Under the pieces are notes generated by a model. That model searched no databases. It was not told the origin of the DNA and worked only from the letters and a program-made list of their open reading frames with translations. The translations under genes and the position numbers were made by a program. Of a DNA stretch of 20,436 nucleotides, positions 1 through 8,369 are shown piece by piece; within the stretch, counting starts at the first letter, position 1; every line of letters starts with the position of its first letter. Location of the stretch: assembly GCA_020354945.1 (NCBI GenBank), contig CP070655.1, forward strand, positions 1,113,406-1,133,841, written 5' to 3'. The DNA is from Candidatus Omnitrophota bacterium (lineage in GTDB: Bacteria > Omnitrophota > Gorgyraeia > JABMRG01 > JAFGKX01).

Positions 1-24
1 ATTATATGATATAATTATTATATT

Positions 25-1530
25 ATGCTCATAGCCTCCCTGCCTTCAAATAGCCATTTTTACCAGAATGCACCTGAGACCAAGTCTTTGTCCAGCCAGG
101 TTGTAACTGGCGGGTTCTGGGTATTTACGCTCCGCATTATAGAAAAGATTCTGCGGTTTATCCGTATTGTCATATTGGCGCGCTTATTATCACCCAACGA
201 CTTCGGCCTATTTGGTATTGCCTTATTAAGCATGTCTTGCTTGGAAACATTTGCACAGACAGGATTTGAGCAGGCCCTTATTCAAAAGAAAAAAGACATA
301 AAGGAGCATTTAGATACAGCCTGGACGACCAATCTTATAAGGGCTTTTCTTTTATGTTTTATACTTTTTATCAGCGCGCCGGCAATAGGACTTTTTTTTA
401 ATAATCCGAAAGCAATCATTTTAATACGAACTATTGCATTGGCAGTTTTTCTAAAAGGGCTTACCAATATTAGGGTTATCTATTTTATAAAAGAACTAAA
501 ATTTAATAAGCAATTCATATATAGAAGCATTGGTATTATGGCAGAGTTTATTGTCGGTGTTTCTCTAGCAATAATTTTACGAAGCGCTTGGGCTCTACTT
601 TTTGGCTTATTGGCAAATTATTTTGTTACTTTTTTAGTTTCATATATTATTTATCCGTATAGGCCTAAATTAGAACTAAACGTAGAGAAATTTAAAGAGC
701 TCTTCAGTTTTGGAAGATGGGTCTTTGGCTCAAGTGTATTGGTATTTCTGCTTACCCAGGGAGACGACATCTTCGTTGGGAAGTTACTTGGCACAGTGGC
801 CTTAGGATTTTACCAGATGGCTTATAGAATTTCCAATATGCCGACAACGGAAATTTCCCATATTATTTCTCAAGTTACTTTCCCGGCATATTCGAAATTA
901 CAGGATAACATTGATAAGCTAAGAGAAGCCTACCTAAAGGTTTTGCAGTTCACAGCTTTTTTATCCTTTCCAATAGCAGGATTAATTTTTATTTTAGCAC
1001 CGGATTTTACAAGAATATTTTTGGGTGAGAAATGGCTGCCGATGGTTCCAGCAATGCAGGTGTTAGTTTTGTGGGGACTGATAAGGTCGATAGGAGCAAC
1101 TACCGGACCGATTTTTTACGGAGTTGGAAGACCAAAGATTATAACAAAATTACAATTGTTACAGTTATTTTTATTAATAATTTTGATATACCCACTTACT
1201 ATGCAATTCGGAATATTAGGAGCTGCATTATCGGTTGTTTTTGCAGCATTGATCCCAAACTTAATAGCATTTTATATAACCGTTAAGGTTACAGAATGCG
1301 GTATATACAATTTTGGTAAATTAATAGTGCTCCCTTTAATAAATACAATTGTAGTAATTTTATTTGTACTTATTCTGAAGATATATTGGAAAACCACATT
1401 TAGCATATTGGCTTTTTTCGTGTTTATCCTAGTAGCCTTTTCAGTTTATATCAGTGTTGCTAATTTACTTGACAAATTTCTAAATTATAAAATATGGCCT
1501 ATATTAAAGAATTTAAACAAGGTCAAATGA
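25..1530 (+). CDS. wzx: Wzx/PST-family oligosaccharide flippase (WzxC-like)
   Basis: About 500 aa, many hydrophobic segments. Motifs typical of PST flippases: 'VILARLLSPNDFGLFG', 'GFEQALIQKK', 'LGFYQMAYRISNMP', 'VTFPAYSKLQ', 'LGEKWLPMVP'. Start codon uncertain. Confidence 0.88.
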   Translation: MLIASLPSNSHFYQNAPETKSLSSQVVTGGFWVFTLRIIEKILRFIRIVILARLLSPNDFGLFGIALLSMSCLETFAQTGFEQALIQKKKDIKEHLDTAWTTNLIRAFLLCFILFISAPAIGLFFNNPKAIILIRTIALAVFLKGLTNIRVIYFIKELKFNKQFIYRSIGIMAEFIVGVSLAIILRSAWALLFGLLANYFVTFLVSYIIYPYRPKLELNVEKFKELFSFGRWVFGSSVLVFLLTQGDDIFVGKLLGTVALGFYQMAYRISNMPTTEISHIISQVTFPAYSKLQDNIDKLREAYLKVLQFTAFLSFPIAGLIFILAPDFTRIFLGEKWLPMVPAMQVLVLWGLIRSIGATTGPIFYGVGRPKIITKLQLLQLFLLIILIYPLTMQFGILGAALSVVFAALIPNLIAFYITVKVTECGIYNFGKLIVLPLINTIVVILFVLILKIYWKTTFSILAFFVFILVAFSVYISVANLLDKFLNYKIWPILKNLNKVK

Positions 1531-1627
1531 AATATATTTCCCAACAACAAGAATTTCTATAAAAATATTGAAAATAAAAGATAAGAAAAGAATATCTGTA
1601 TATCAAAAATTGAAAGCAGGCTAGTAT

Positions 1628-2368
1628 ATGTTCTTGACAATCAAAAATAAAGACCCGATATTTGAGGGTGAAAGAGTTGTTGAAAATACTACCCCCAGAA
1701 GAATATGGTTAGATCATGTTGCCCGTTATGAATTTGTTAGCAGGTATATTAAAGGGAAAAGCGTCTTAGATATAGCTTGTGGGACGGGTTATGGTTCGCG
1801 GATTATTTGCGATAGCGGAGCTACAAGAGTTATCGGCATCGATATTTCTGAAGAGGTGATAAGGTTAGCACGGGATAAATATGAAACAGATAAATTAGAA
1901 TTCAAAGTGGGGGATATGCTAAATATTGATTTTCCAGAATTTTTTTTCAATGTGATTATTTGCTTTGAGACAATTGAGCATATTAAAAATCAGCATAAGG
2001 CACTTTTGGAACTTAGAAGAGTTTTAAACCCAAAAGGGTTACTTATTATTTCGAGTCCGAACCGGAGAGTGACATCGCCTTTTAAGGCAAGCGATGAGTC
2101 TCCTGATAACCCATTCCATACTGTAGAATATACGGTTAAAGAATTCACCCAACTTTTACGAGGCTATTTTGAGATTTTAGAAATATATGGACAGAGGGCA
2201 ATAGGCAAATTGTTCTTCTTGCCCATTTTTGAAATGATAGCAAGAAAGGTTAACCCCAGCGTATACGATCCTGAGAAAGGGAATCCCGAACTGGAGAGAC
2301 TGTCTCGTAAAAAAGAATACCGTTATATTACAGCTGTCTGCAGAAAACTGGATAAGGGTTCGGCATGA
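1628..2368 (+). CDS. Class I SAM-dependent methyltransferase (glycan-cluster type)
   Basis: SAM motif I 'VLDIACGTGYG', plus 'GIDIS', 'CFETIEH', 'LNPKGLLIISSPN' and N-terminal 'GERV...HVARYEF'. Confidence 0.88.
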   Translation: MFLTIKNKDPIFEGERVVENTTPRRIWLDHVARYEFVSRYIKGKSVLDIACGTGYGSRIICDSGATRVIGIDISEEVIRLARDKYETDKLEFKVGDMLNIDFPEFFFNVIICFETIEHIKNQHKALLELRRVLNPKGLLIISSPNRRVTSPFKASDESPDNPFHTVEYTVKEFTQLLRGYFEILEIYGQRAIGKLFFLPIFEMIARKVNPSVYDPEKGNPELERLSRKKEYRYITAVCRKLDKGSA

Positions 2369-3528
2369 AGATTTCGATCATAACACCAGATTTGTCTCGT
2401 AATTGTCTTGGCCGCGCTTATTTATTGGCCAAGGTTTTACAGAGAAAGTACGACGTTGAAATTATCGGATTGCTCTCTGATGAAAAAATCTGGCAACCTA
2501 TTGCTAACGATAGAAGCATTTCTTACAAATCCATTAAGTTAAAAGGTAGATTTAAAGCATATTGGCAGCTAAAGGAGATATCTAAAAAAATAACAGGTGA
2601 TATAATATATGTACACAAGCCTCTTTTTATAAATTTGGGAGTTGGGTTAGTAAAAAAGATTTTTGATAAAAAACCGCTGGTAATAGATATAGACGACTGG
2701 GAGATGGGTTTTGTAAAAGATTCGTTGAACAATTTGTCTTTTTTGCGCCGTTTAAAATTTTTAATACGTTCTACGCTTTTTTTATATAAGATTGACTCCT
2801 ATTGGAATGTTTTATTTGGCGAGAAATTAGTTCGTTGTGTGGATGATATTACTGTTTCAAACCATTTTCTTCAAAGGAAATTCTCCGCAACGATAATTAG
2901 GCATGGCAAGGATACAGATGTTTTTGCACCTGAAAAGTTTGATAATGGTTTTTACAGAAGCAGATATGGAATCGAAGAATCTAAGAAAGTTGTAATGTTT
3001 TTTGGTACGCCAATGGTACATAAGGGCATTGAGGATTTAATAAAAGCAGTGGCGCTAATTAAGAATAAAGATACCGTTTTTATTTTTGTCGGAGCCGACG
3101 GAGGAGAATATTGTCAAAAATTGATTAAAGAAGCTGAAAAGATATTACCCAATAATTTTAGGAAGTTCGAGCAGCAGCCGTTTGGGAAAATTCCGGAATT
3201 TCTGACAATGGCTGATGTTATAGTTATACCCCAGAGAAGAAATACTGCGACTGTCGGCCAAATTCCGGCAAAGTTATTTGATGCAATGGCAATGTCAAAA
3301 CCTATTGTAGCAACGGATGTCTCAGATGTTCACGAGATCCTGGATGAATGCGGCTGGGTCATAGAACCTGGGCAGCCTGTTCTGCTGGCAAGGACTATTC
3401 AGCAAGTTCTGGGTAATCCAGGTGAAGCGCAAAGAAAAGGGAAAAAGGCCAGGGAAAAATGTGTAAAGATGTATAGTTGGGCGATGATGGAGGAGACATT
3501 GACTAGAATATTTGGAAAATATGAATAA
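2365..3528 (+). CDS. Glycosyltransferase family 4 (GT-B)
   Basis: 'PAKLFDAMAMSKPIVATDVSDVHEIL' and 'HKGIEDLIKA'. ATGA overlap with the upstream stop. Confidence 0.88.
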   Translation: MKISIITPDLSRNCLGRAYLLAKVLQRKYDVEIIGLLSDEKIWQPIANDRSISYKSIKLKGRFKAYWQLKEISKKITGDIIYVHKPLFINLGVGLVKKIFDKKPLVIDIDDWEMGFVKDSLNNLSFLRRLKFLIRSTLFLYKIDSYWNVLFGEKLVRCVDDITVSNHFLQRKFSATIIRHGKDTDVFAPEKFDNGFYRSRYGIEESKKVVMFFGTPMVHKGIEDLIKAVALIKNKDTVFIFVGADGGEYCQKLIKEAEKILPNNFRKFEQQPFGKIPEFLTMADVIVIPQRRNTATVGQIPAKLFDAMAMSKPIVATDVSDVHEILDECGWVIEPGQPVLLARTIQQVLGNPGEAQRKGKKAREKCVKMYSWAMMEETLTRIFGKYE

Positions 3529-4786
3529 AGATAAAGATGCTATATATTCTGAACAAAAGAAACTCGTTATATTTTCCCATCTGTCAAATTTGCATGGCGC
3601 TGTGCTTTCACTTCTTGATACAATAGAAAATTTAAATAAAGATAAGTTTAATATATATGTGGGGATTCCACGCTGGGGCCCTATAGTTAAACGATTAAAA
3701 GACATTGGCATAGTGCCTTTTGTTACGTATTTTCCACCAATGCGTTATCTGCGCATCAGAAAGAAACTAAAGACCCTTCGATCCCGTTGTAATATTAAGA
3801 TTACAAAAATATTATATGAATTTTTTAAAACAGTGCTTGCTGTATTCAGAAAATGGTGTACTTCCAGAACCAAAAGATGGCTTTTAAAAATCCAGCCAGA
3901 TATAATATACATAAATACTATAATCGGAGCAGAGATATTAAGATTCTTGAAAATCAATAGAGGTGCATTCCTCCATAAAAAGTGTAGATGGGTTTGGCAC
4001 ATAAGAGAAGTTTTAAGTGATAATTCTCATATTTTGACATATAAGGATTATTTTAATGAATTTGTTCAAACAGCAGTAAATTGCTCTGATATTTTGATAT
4101 TTAACTCTGAGGTAAGCAGAGATACTTTTCTTAAATACGTCCGGCCGGAAATACAAGGTGTAATTCGTGAGAAATCACACGTTGTTTATCAGGGTTTTAT
4201 GATTCCTAGACAAAAACCAGTTAGCAAAACAGATGCTTTTTTTGCAGATAGTATAAATATCGCAGTGGTGGGATCCGTGACCTCAAGCAAAAAACAGGAT
4301 ATTGTTATAAAGGCGCTGCTCCCTCTTAAAAATTATCATAAGAAAATAAATTTAATCATATTTGGCAAAAAGGATCCAGCGTATTACCGCCAATTGAGAC
4401 AATTTGTAAGAGCATATAATTTGACCGACAACGTTATATTCAGAGATTATGTGGCGGATTTACGTTTTTGCATGCATAAGTATTTTTCTATATTAATTAC
4501 ACCAAGCCTAATGGAACCCTTTGGTAGAGTTGTTGCGGAGGCTATGCTGCAGGGGTTACCGGTAGTTGCTGTTAACTCTGGCGGATATAAAGAAATAATA
4601 CAGGATGGCGTGACTGGTTTTTTGGTAGAACCAGACAGACCAGAGGATATAGCGGCGGCGGTAAAGAAAATAATAGATAATCCGCAACTTGCAGAAACGC
4701 TTACAGACAATGCTTTTGCTTCTGTATCTGAAAGATTCAATATATCCAATTATATCAATGCTATCGAAAAACTTTTTTCCTGCTGA
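3521..4786 (+). CDS. Glycosyltransferase family 4 (GT-B)
   Basis: EX7E signature 'PSLMEPFGRVVAEAMLQGLPVVAVNSGGYKEII'. ATG at 3521, overlapping the previous gene's end, preferred to TTG at 3512. Confidence 0.88.
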   Translation: MNKDKDAIYSEQKKLVIFSHLSNLHGAVLSLLDTIENLNKDKFNIYVGIPRWGPIVKRLKDIGIVPFVTYFPPMRYLRIRKKLKTLRSRCNIKITKILYEFFKTVLAVFRKWCTSRTKRWLLKIQPDIIYINTIIGAEILRFLKINRGAFLHKKCRWVWHIREVLSDNSHILTYKDYFNEFVQTAVNCSDILIFNSEVSRDTFLKYVRPEIQGVIREKSHVVYQGFMIPRQKPVSKTDAFFADSINIAVVGSVTSSKKQDIVIKALLPLKNYHKKINLIIFGKKDPAYYRQLRQFVRAYNLTDNVIFRDYVADLRFCMHKYFSILITPSLMEPFGRVVAEAMLQGLPVVAVNSGGYKEIIQDGVTGFLVEPDRPEDIAAAVKKIIDNPQLAETLTDNAFASVSERFNISNYINAIEKLFSC

Positions 4787-4831
4787 AAACGCATTGCTTA
4801 AATATGATGATTAAAAAATGAGTTATAAAAA

Positions 4832-5794
4832 GTGAATAAGGTTTCGATATGCTTACTTAATAGGAATCATGCAGCCTTTTTGGAAGTCTGTATCAATTCT
4901 TTGCTTAAACAGGCTTATCGATGGCTGGAAATTATAATTATTGATAATAATTCGAATGATAATTCATTGGATATAATAAAAAATAAATATCCTAATATTA
5001 AACTTATTCAGAACAGATTTAACAAAGGATATTCAAAGGCGCATAATGACTTCATACGCACATCTAATGGGGAATTTCTTTTGTTTTTAAATGCTGATAT
5101 TATTCTGGATGCTAATTTTGTAAATGAAGTGCTTAAGGCTATTGACGAAGACGAAAAAATAGGCATGACCCAAGGCAAATTATACAGGATGGATACAAAG
5201 ATGAAAAAAAAGGATACCTTGGACAGCACAGGCGTTATTCTGTATAAAAACAGAAGAAATCTTGACAGGGGCTTTGGTAAGAAAGGCATAGGGCAATATA
5301 ATAATAAAGATTATATATTTGGTACATCGGGCGCAGCTTTGTTTTGCCGCAGAGAGATGTTAGAAGATATTAAGATTGGCGATGAATATTTTGATGAAGA
5401 TTTTTTTGCATATAGAGAAGAGACAGATTTGGCATGGAGAGCTCAATTAGCAGGGTGGAAATGCGTTTATGTGCCTAGTGCTGTAGCTTATCATTATAGA
5501 GCATATTCTCCGGATAGGCGTAAGAAAATGCCGGAAGAATTAAGACAACTTCAGTACAGAAATCGTTATCTGATGCTTATGAAGAATGAATTACCGCTTA
5601 CTTTTATTTTGCATTTACCATTTATATTATTTTTTGAAATGTTTTCTTTTTTTTATGTTTTATTTTGGAAGCAATTTCTGGTAAAAGCTTGGCTAGAAGT
5701 AGTGAAATTAATGCCAAAGATGCTAAAGAAACGGCAGCAGATTATGAGAAAAAAAAGAGTCACTGCCAAGTATATTTTAAGCATAATAAAATGA
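4832..5794 (+). CDS. Glycosyltransferase family 2 (GT-A, rhamnosyltransferase-like)
   Basis: 'IIIIDNNSNDNS', 'LLFLNAD', 'YFDEDFFAYREETDLAWRAQLAGWK'. GTG start. Confidence 0.88.
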   Translation: MNKVSICLLNRNHAAFLEVCINSLLKQAYRWLEIIIIDNNSNDNSLDIIKNKYPNIKLIQNRFNKGYSKAHNDFIRTSNGEFLLFLNADIILDANFVNEVLKAIDEDEKIGMTQGKLYRMDTKMKKKDTLDSTGVILYKNRRNLDRGFGKKGIGQYNNKDYIFGTSGAALFCRREMLEDIKIGDEYFDEDFFAYREETDLAWRAQLAGWKCVYVPSAVAYHYRAYSPDRRKKMPEELRQLQYRNRYLMLMKNELPLTFILHLPFILFFEMFSFFYVLFWKQFLVKAWLEVVKLMPKMLKKRQQIMRKKRVTAKYILSIIK

Positions 5795-7236
5795 AAATCG
5801 TAATATCCTACCCGCCATTGCAAGGGCCGGGGTCGCCGATGCTAACTCAGAACAGGCAGTTTCAGTGGTATAATGAGCCCTCCTATATCTATCCGGTTGT
5901 TTCAGGCGTGGCTGCTACTTTGCTTAAAAACGAAGGGTTTGAGGTTATATGGAATGATTGCATTGTAGAGAGATGGACACAGGAGCAGTTCTTTAGTTTT
6001 ATAAAAAAGGAAAGGCCTGACATTATTGCTTTTGAGACAAAAACTCCGGTAATCAAACAACACTGGCAAATCATCAACAAACTTACAACTTACAACTTAC
6101 AACATAAGACTATTCTATACGGCGACCACGTAACTGCTCTTCCTGAAGAATCTATGAAAAATTGCAATGTCGATTTCGTTATTACCGGTGGGGATTATGA
6201 TATCTCTTTGCTAAGCATAGCCAAACACATAAGAGATGGTGCGCCTTTAGCAGGTGGAATCCGGTATAGAGAGGACGGCGAAATAAAAAATACAGGTGAA
6301 TTTAAACTACACCGGAATCTTGACAAGCTTCCATTTCCTGATAGAGACTTGACCAAGGCATATCTTTATGGTGAGAAATGGAAAAGGTATAAGCCTTTCT
6401 TTTATACAATGGCAGGTAGAGATTGCTGGTGGAATAGATGCAGCTTTTGTTCCTGGCCCCAGATGTATCCAAAGTTTCGTTTACGGAGTGTAAATAATCT
6501 ATTGGATGAGATTGGAATGCTTATAGAGAAATACGGCGCAAAAGAAATATTCGATGACACCGGGACTTTTCCTGTAGGCGATTGGCTTAAGCAATTTTGT
6601 GAAGGCATGATAGAAAGAGGCTATAACAAGAGGATACTTTTCTCCTGCAATATGAATTATCAGGGCCTCGTTGAAAACATAATAAGACTTATGAAGAAGG
6701 CAAACTTTAGAAAACTTAAAATGGGCCTTGAATCCGCTAATCAGAAAACTCTTGATATGATAAACAAAAATGTTGCCGTAGATGAAATAATCAAAAACTC
6801 CAAGATGATAAAGAAGGGCGGAATAGATATACACCTTACTATTATGGTAGGCTATCCATGGGAATCTAAGGCTGAAGCTGAGAATACCTTGAATGTAGCG
6901 ATGAAACTAATGACCGAAGGTTATGTAGAGATGTTGCAAGCAACTGTTCTTGTCCCTTATCCAGGCACAGCTTTATATAAACAGGCCCAAGAAAATGATT
7001 GGTTCAGGATAGACTCCAGAGATTATGATAGATTCGATATGTCAGAACCGGTTTTAAAAACCAATGATATGAGCCCGGATGAAGTTATGCAGATGTGTAG
7101 AAGGACTTATGAGATATTCCTGCAGCCTAAATTCATAATAAGAAATCTGGCAAAGATAAGGAGCGCTAATGATATCAATTATATCTTAAGGGGAGCAAAG
7201 GCAGTATTGGGCCATATCAGGGATTTTTCCAGATGA
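5791..7236 (+). CDS. B12-binding-domain radical SAM protein (class B methyltransferase-like)
   Basis: CxxxCxxC 'CWWNRCSFC', 'GLESANQKTLDMINK', 'IMVGYPWE', 'PYPGTALY'. N-terminal cobalamin-binding-like region 'GDHVTALPEE...VDFVITGGD'. Start placed at ATG 5791 (ATGA overlap with GT2 stop), not 5665. Confidence 0.85.
   Translation: MKIVISYPPLQGPGSPMLTQNRQFQWYNEPSYIYPVVSGVAATLLKNEGFEVIWNDCIVERWTQEQFFSFIKKERPDIIAFETKTPVIKQHWQIINKLTTYNLQHKTILYGDHVTALPEESMKNCNVDFVITGGDYDISLLSIAKHIRDGAPLAGGIRYREDGEIKNTGEFKLHRNLDKLPFPDRDLTKAYLYGEKWKRYKPFFYTMAGRDCWWNRCSFCSWPQMYPKFRLRSVNNLLDEIGMLIEKYGAKEIFDDTGTFPVGDWLKQFCEGMIERGYNKRILFSCNMNYQGLVENIIRLMKKANFRKLKMGLESANQKTLDMINKNVAVDEIIKNSKMIKKGGIDIHLTIMVGYPWESKAEAENTLNVAMKLMTEGYVEMLQATVLVPYPGTALYKQAQENDWFRIDSRDYDRFDMSEPVLKTNDMSPDEVMQMCRRTYEIFLQPKFIIRNLAKIRSANDINYILRGAKAVLGHIRDFSR
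6081..6101 (+). repeat. Intragenic tandem heptamer repeat (ACTTACA)x3
   Basis: Three perfect copies at 6081, 6088 and 6095, then degenerate ACATAAG. The 21 nt keep the frame (KLTTYNLQ). Confidence 0.85.
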
Positions 7237-8369
7237 GCACAAGAGATCTTTGTAGTATTTTAGGAATCGGCATAGATCGGCTAACTGTATCGGAAGTTTT
7301 AGAAAAGGTTAAAGATTTCGTTAGGGAAAAAGGCCCTCATGAAATCTTTTATGTTAATGCTGACTGTATCAACCGCTCTTTTCTTGACGAGAATTATCGC
7401 CGGATTATAAAAAATGCCGATTTGGTTTATCCAGACGGAATGGGCGTGGTATGGACATCCCGATATACTGACAATCCATTGCCGGAAAGGGTCAATCTCG
7501 GAGATTTTATGCCGAAACTTTGCAATCTTTGCCAGAAGCAAGATTTTTCTATCTTTATATTAGCGGGCGCAGAGGGCGTGGCGGAGAAAGCTGCTCGAAA
7601 CCTTAGGAAGAATTTTCCAAAATTACGTATAGCAGGGACCCATCACGGTTATTTTTCCGACGACGAAGAAGAAAGAATAATAGAAAAAATTAATAATTCA
7701 AATTGCGATATCCTTTTAGTTGGAATGGGTGTTCCAAAGCAGGAGGAATGGATAGATAAAAATAAATATAGATTGAATGTGCCAGTGTTATGGGGGGTAG
7801 GGGCGTTATTTGACTATTATTCGCTCCGTTTAAAAAGGGCCCCTGTCTGGGTGAGGCGTCTTGGGCTTGAATGGTTATTCAGGCTCATTTTAGAACCAAG
7901 CAGATTATGGCGAAGATATATGCTAGGAAATATATTCTTTATTTGGAGGATATTCTTATTATTATTAGTCGATGCACTATTTGTCAGTTTGGCGTGGATT
8001 GGCGCCTATTGGTTTCGTTATTCCCTAAACGATGTTATGCCTTATCCTATTAATCCATTTAATGTATATTTGTATGCTTTGCCCTTTGTTATTTTATTAT
8101 GGGTAGTTACCTGCGCTTATTTTAATCTTTATATACCTAAATGGGGAAAAACCAAAGTGGCCCTTGAGCTTTCTTCTATTATAAAGGCTGTAATCATGGG
8201 GCTTTTGATAGCTATGTCATTATCTTTTTTGCTTAGAGAACTTGAGTTCGGCCGCTCTGTAATTTTGCTATGGGGAATCTTTAGTTTTGTTCTGCTTCTT
8301 TTATCAAGAATAGTAGTGAGGTCCATTGATGCGAAGAAAGAAAGATTATGGCTTTTAAAGAAAAAATAG
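7233..8369 (+). CDS. WecB/TagA/CpsF (WecG, GT26) glycosyltransferase fused to a C-terminal 4-TM domain
   Basis: 'ADLVYPDGMGVV', 'HHGYF', 'ILLVGMGVPKQEEWI', 'GVGALFD', 'RAPVWVRRLGLEWLFRLILEPSRLWRRY', followed by about 135 aa with four hydrophobic helices. Confidence 0.88.
   Translation: MSTRDLCSILGIGIDRLTVSEVLEKVKDFVREKGPHEIFYVNADCINRSFLDENYRRIIKNADLVYPDGMGVVWTSRYTDNPLPERVNLGDFMPKLCNLCQKQDFSIFILAGAEGVAEKAARNLRKNFPKLRIAGTHHGYFSDDEEERIIEKINNSNCDILLVGMGVPKQEEWIDKNKYRLNVPVLWGVGALFDYYSLRLKRAPVWVRRLGLEWLFRLILEPSRLWRRYMLGNIFFIWRIFLLLLVDALFVSLAWIGAYWFRYSLNDVMPYPINPFNVYLYALPFVILLWVVTCAYFNLYIPKWGKTKVALELSSIIKAVIMGLLIAMSLSFLLRELEFGRSVILLWGIFSFVLLLLSRIVVRSIDAKKERLWLLKKK

Noticed and set aside
1527-1627. 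Short ORF MKYISQQQEFL overlapping the wzx stop, as a possible gene remnant
   Set aside because: Only 11 codons with no recognisable homology, in an ordinary AT-rich spacer.
1940-1947. T8 tract in the methyltransferase (similar T8/A8 runs near 5647 and 5749) as phase-variation sites
   Set aside because: Runs of 8 A/T are expected in such AT-rich genes and the frames are intact.
5665-5790. N-terminal extensions in the ORF track for the radical SAM protein (5665), ilvC (14775) and aroE (17541)
   Set aside because: They overlap upstream genes or structured spacers. Family homology and SD or overlap signals favour 5791, 14865 and about 17616.
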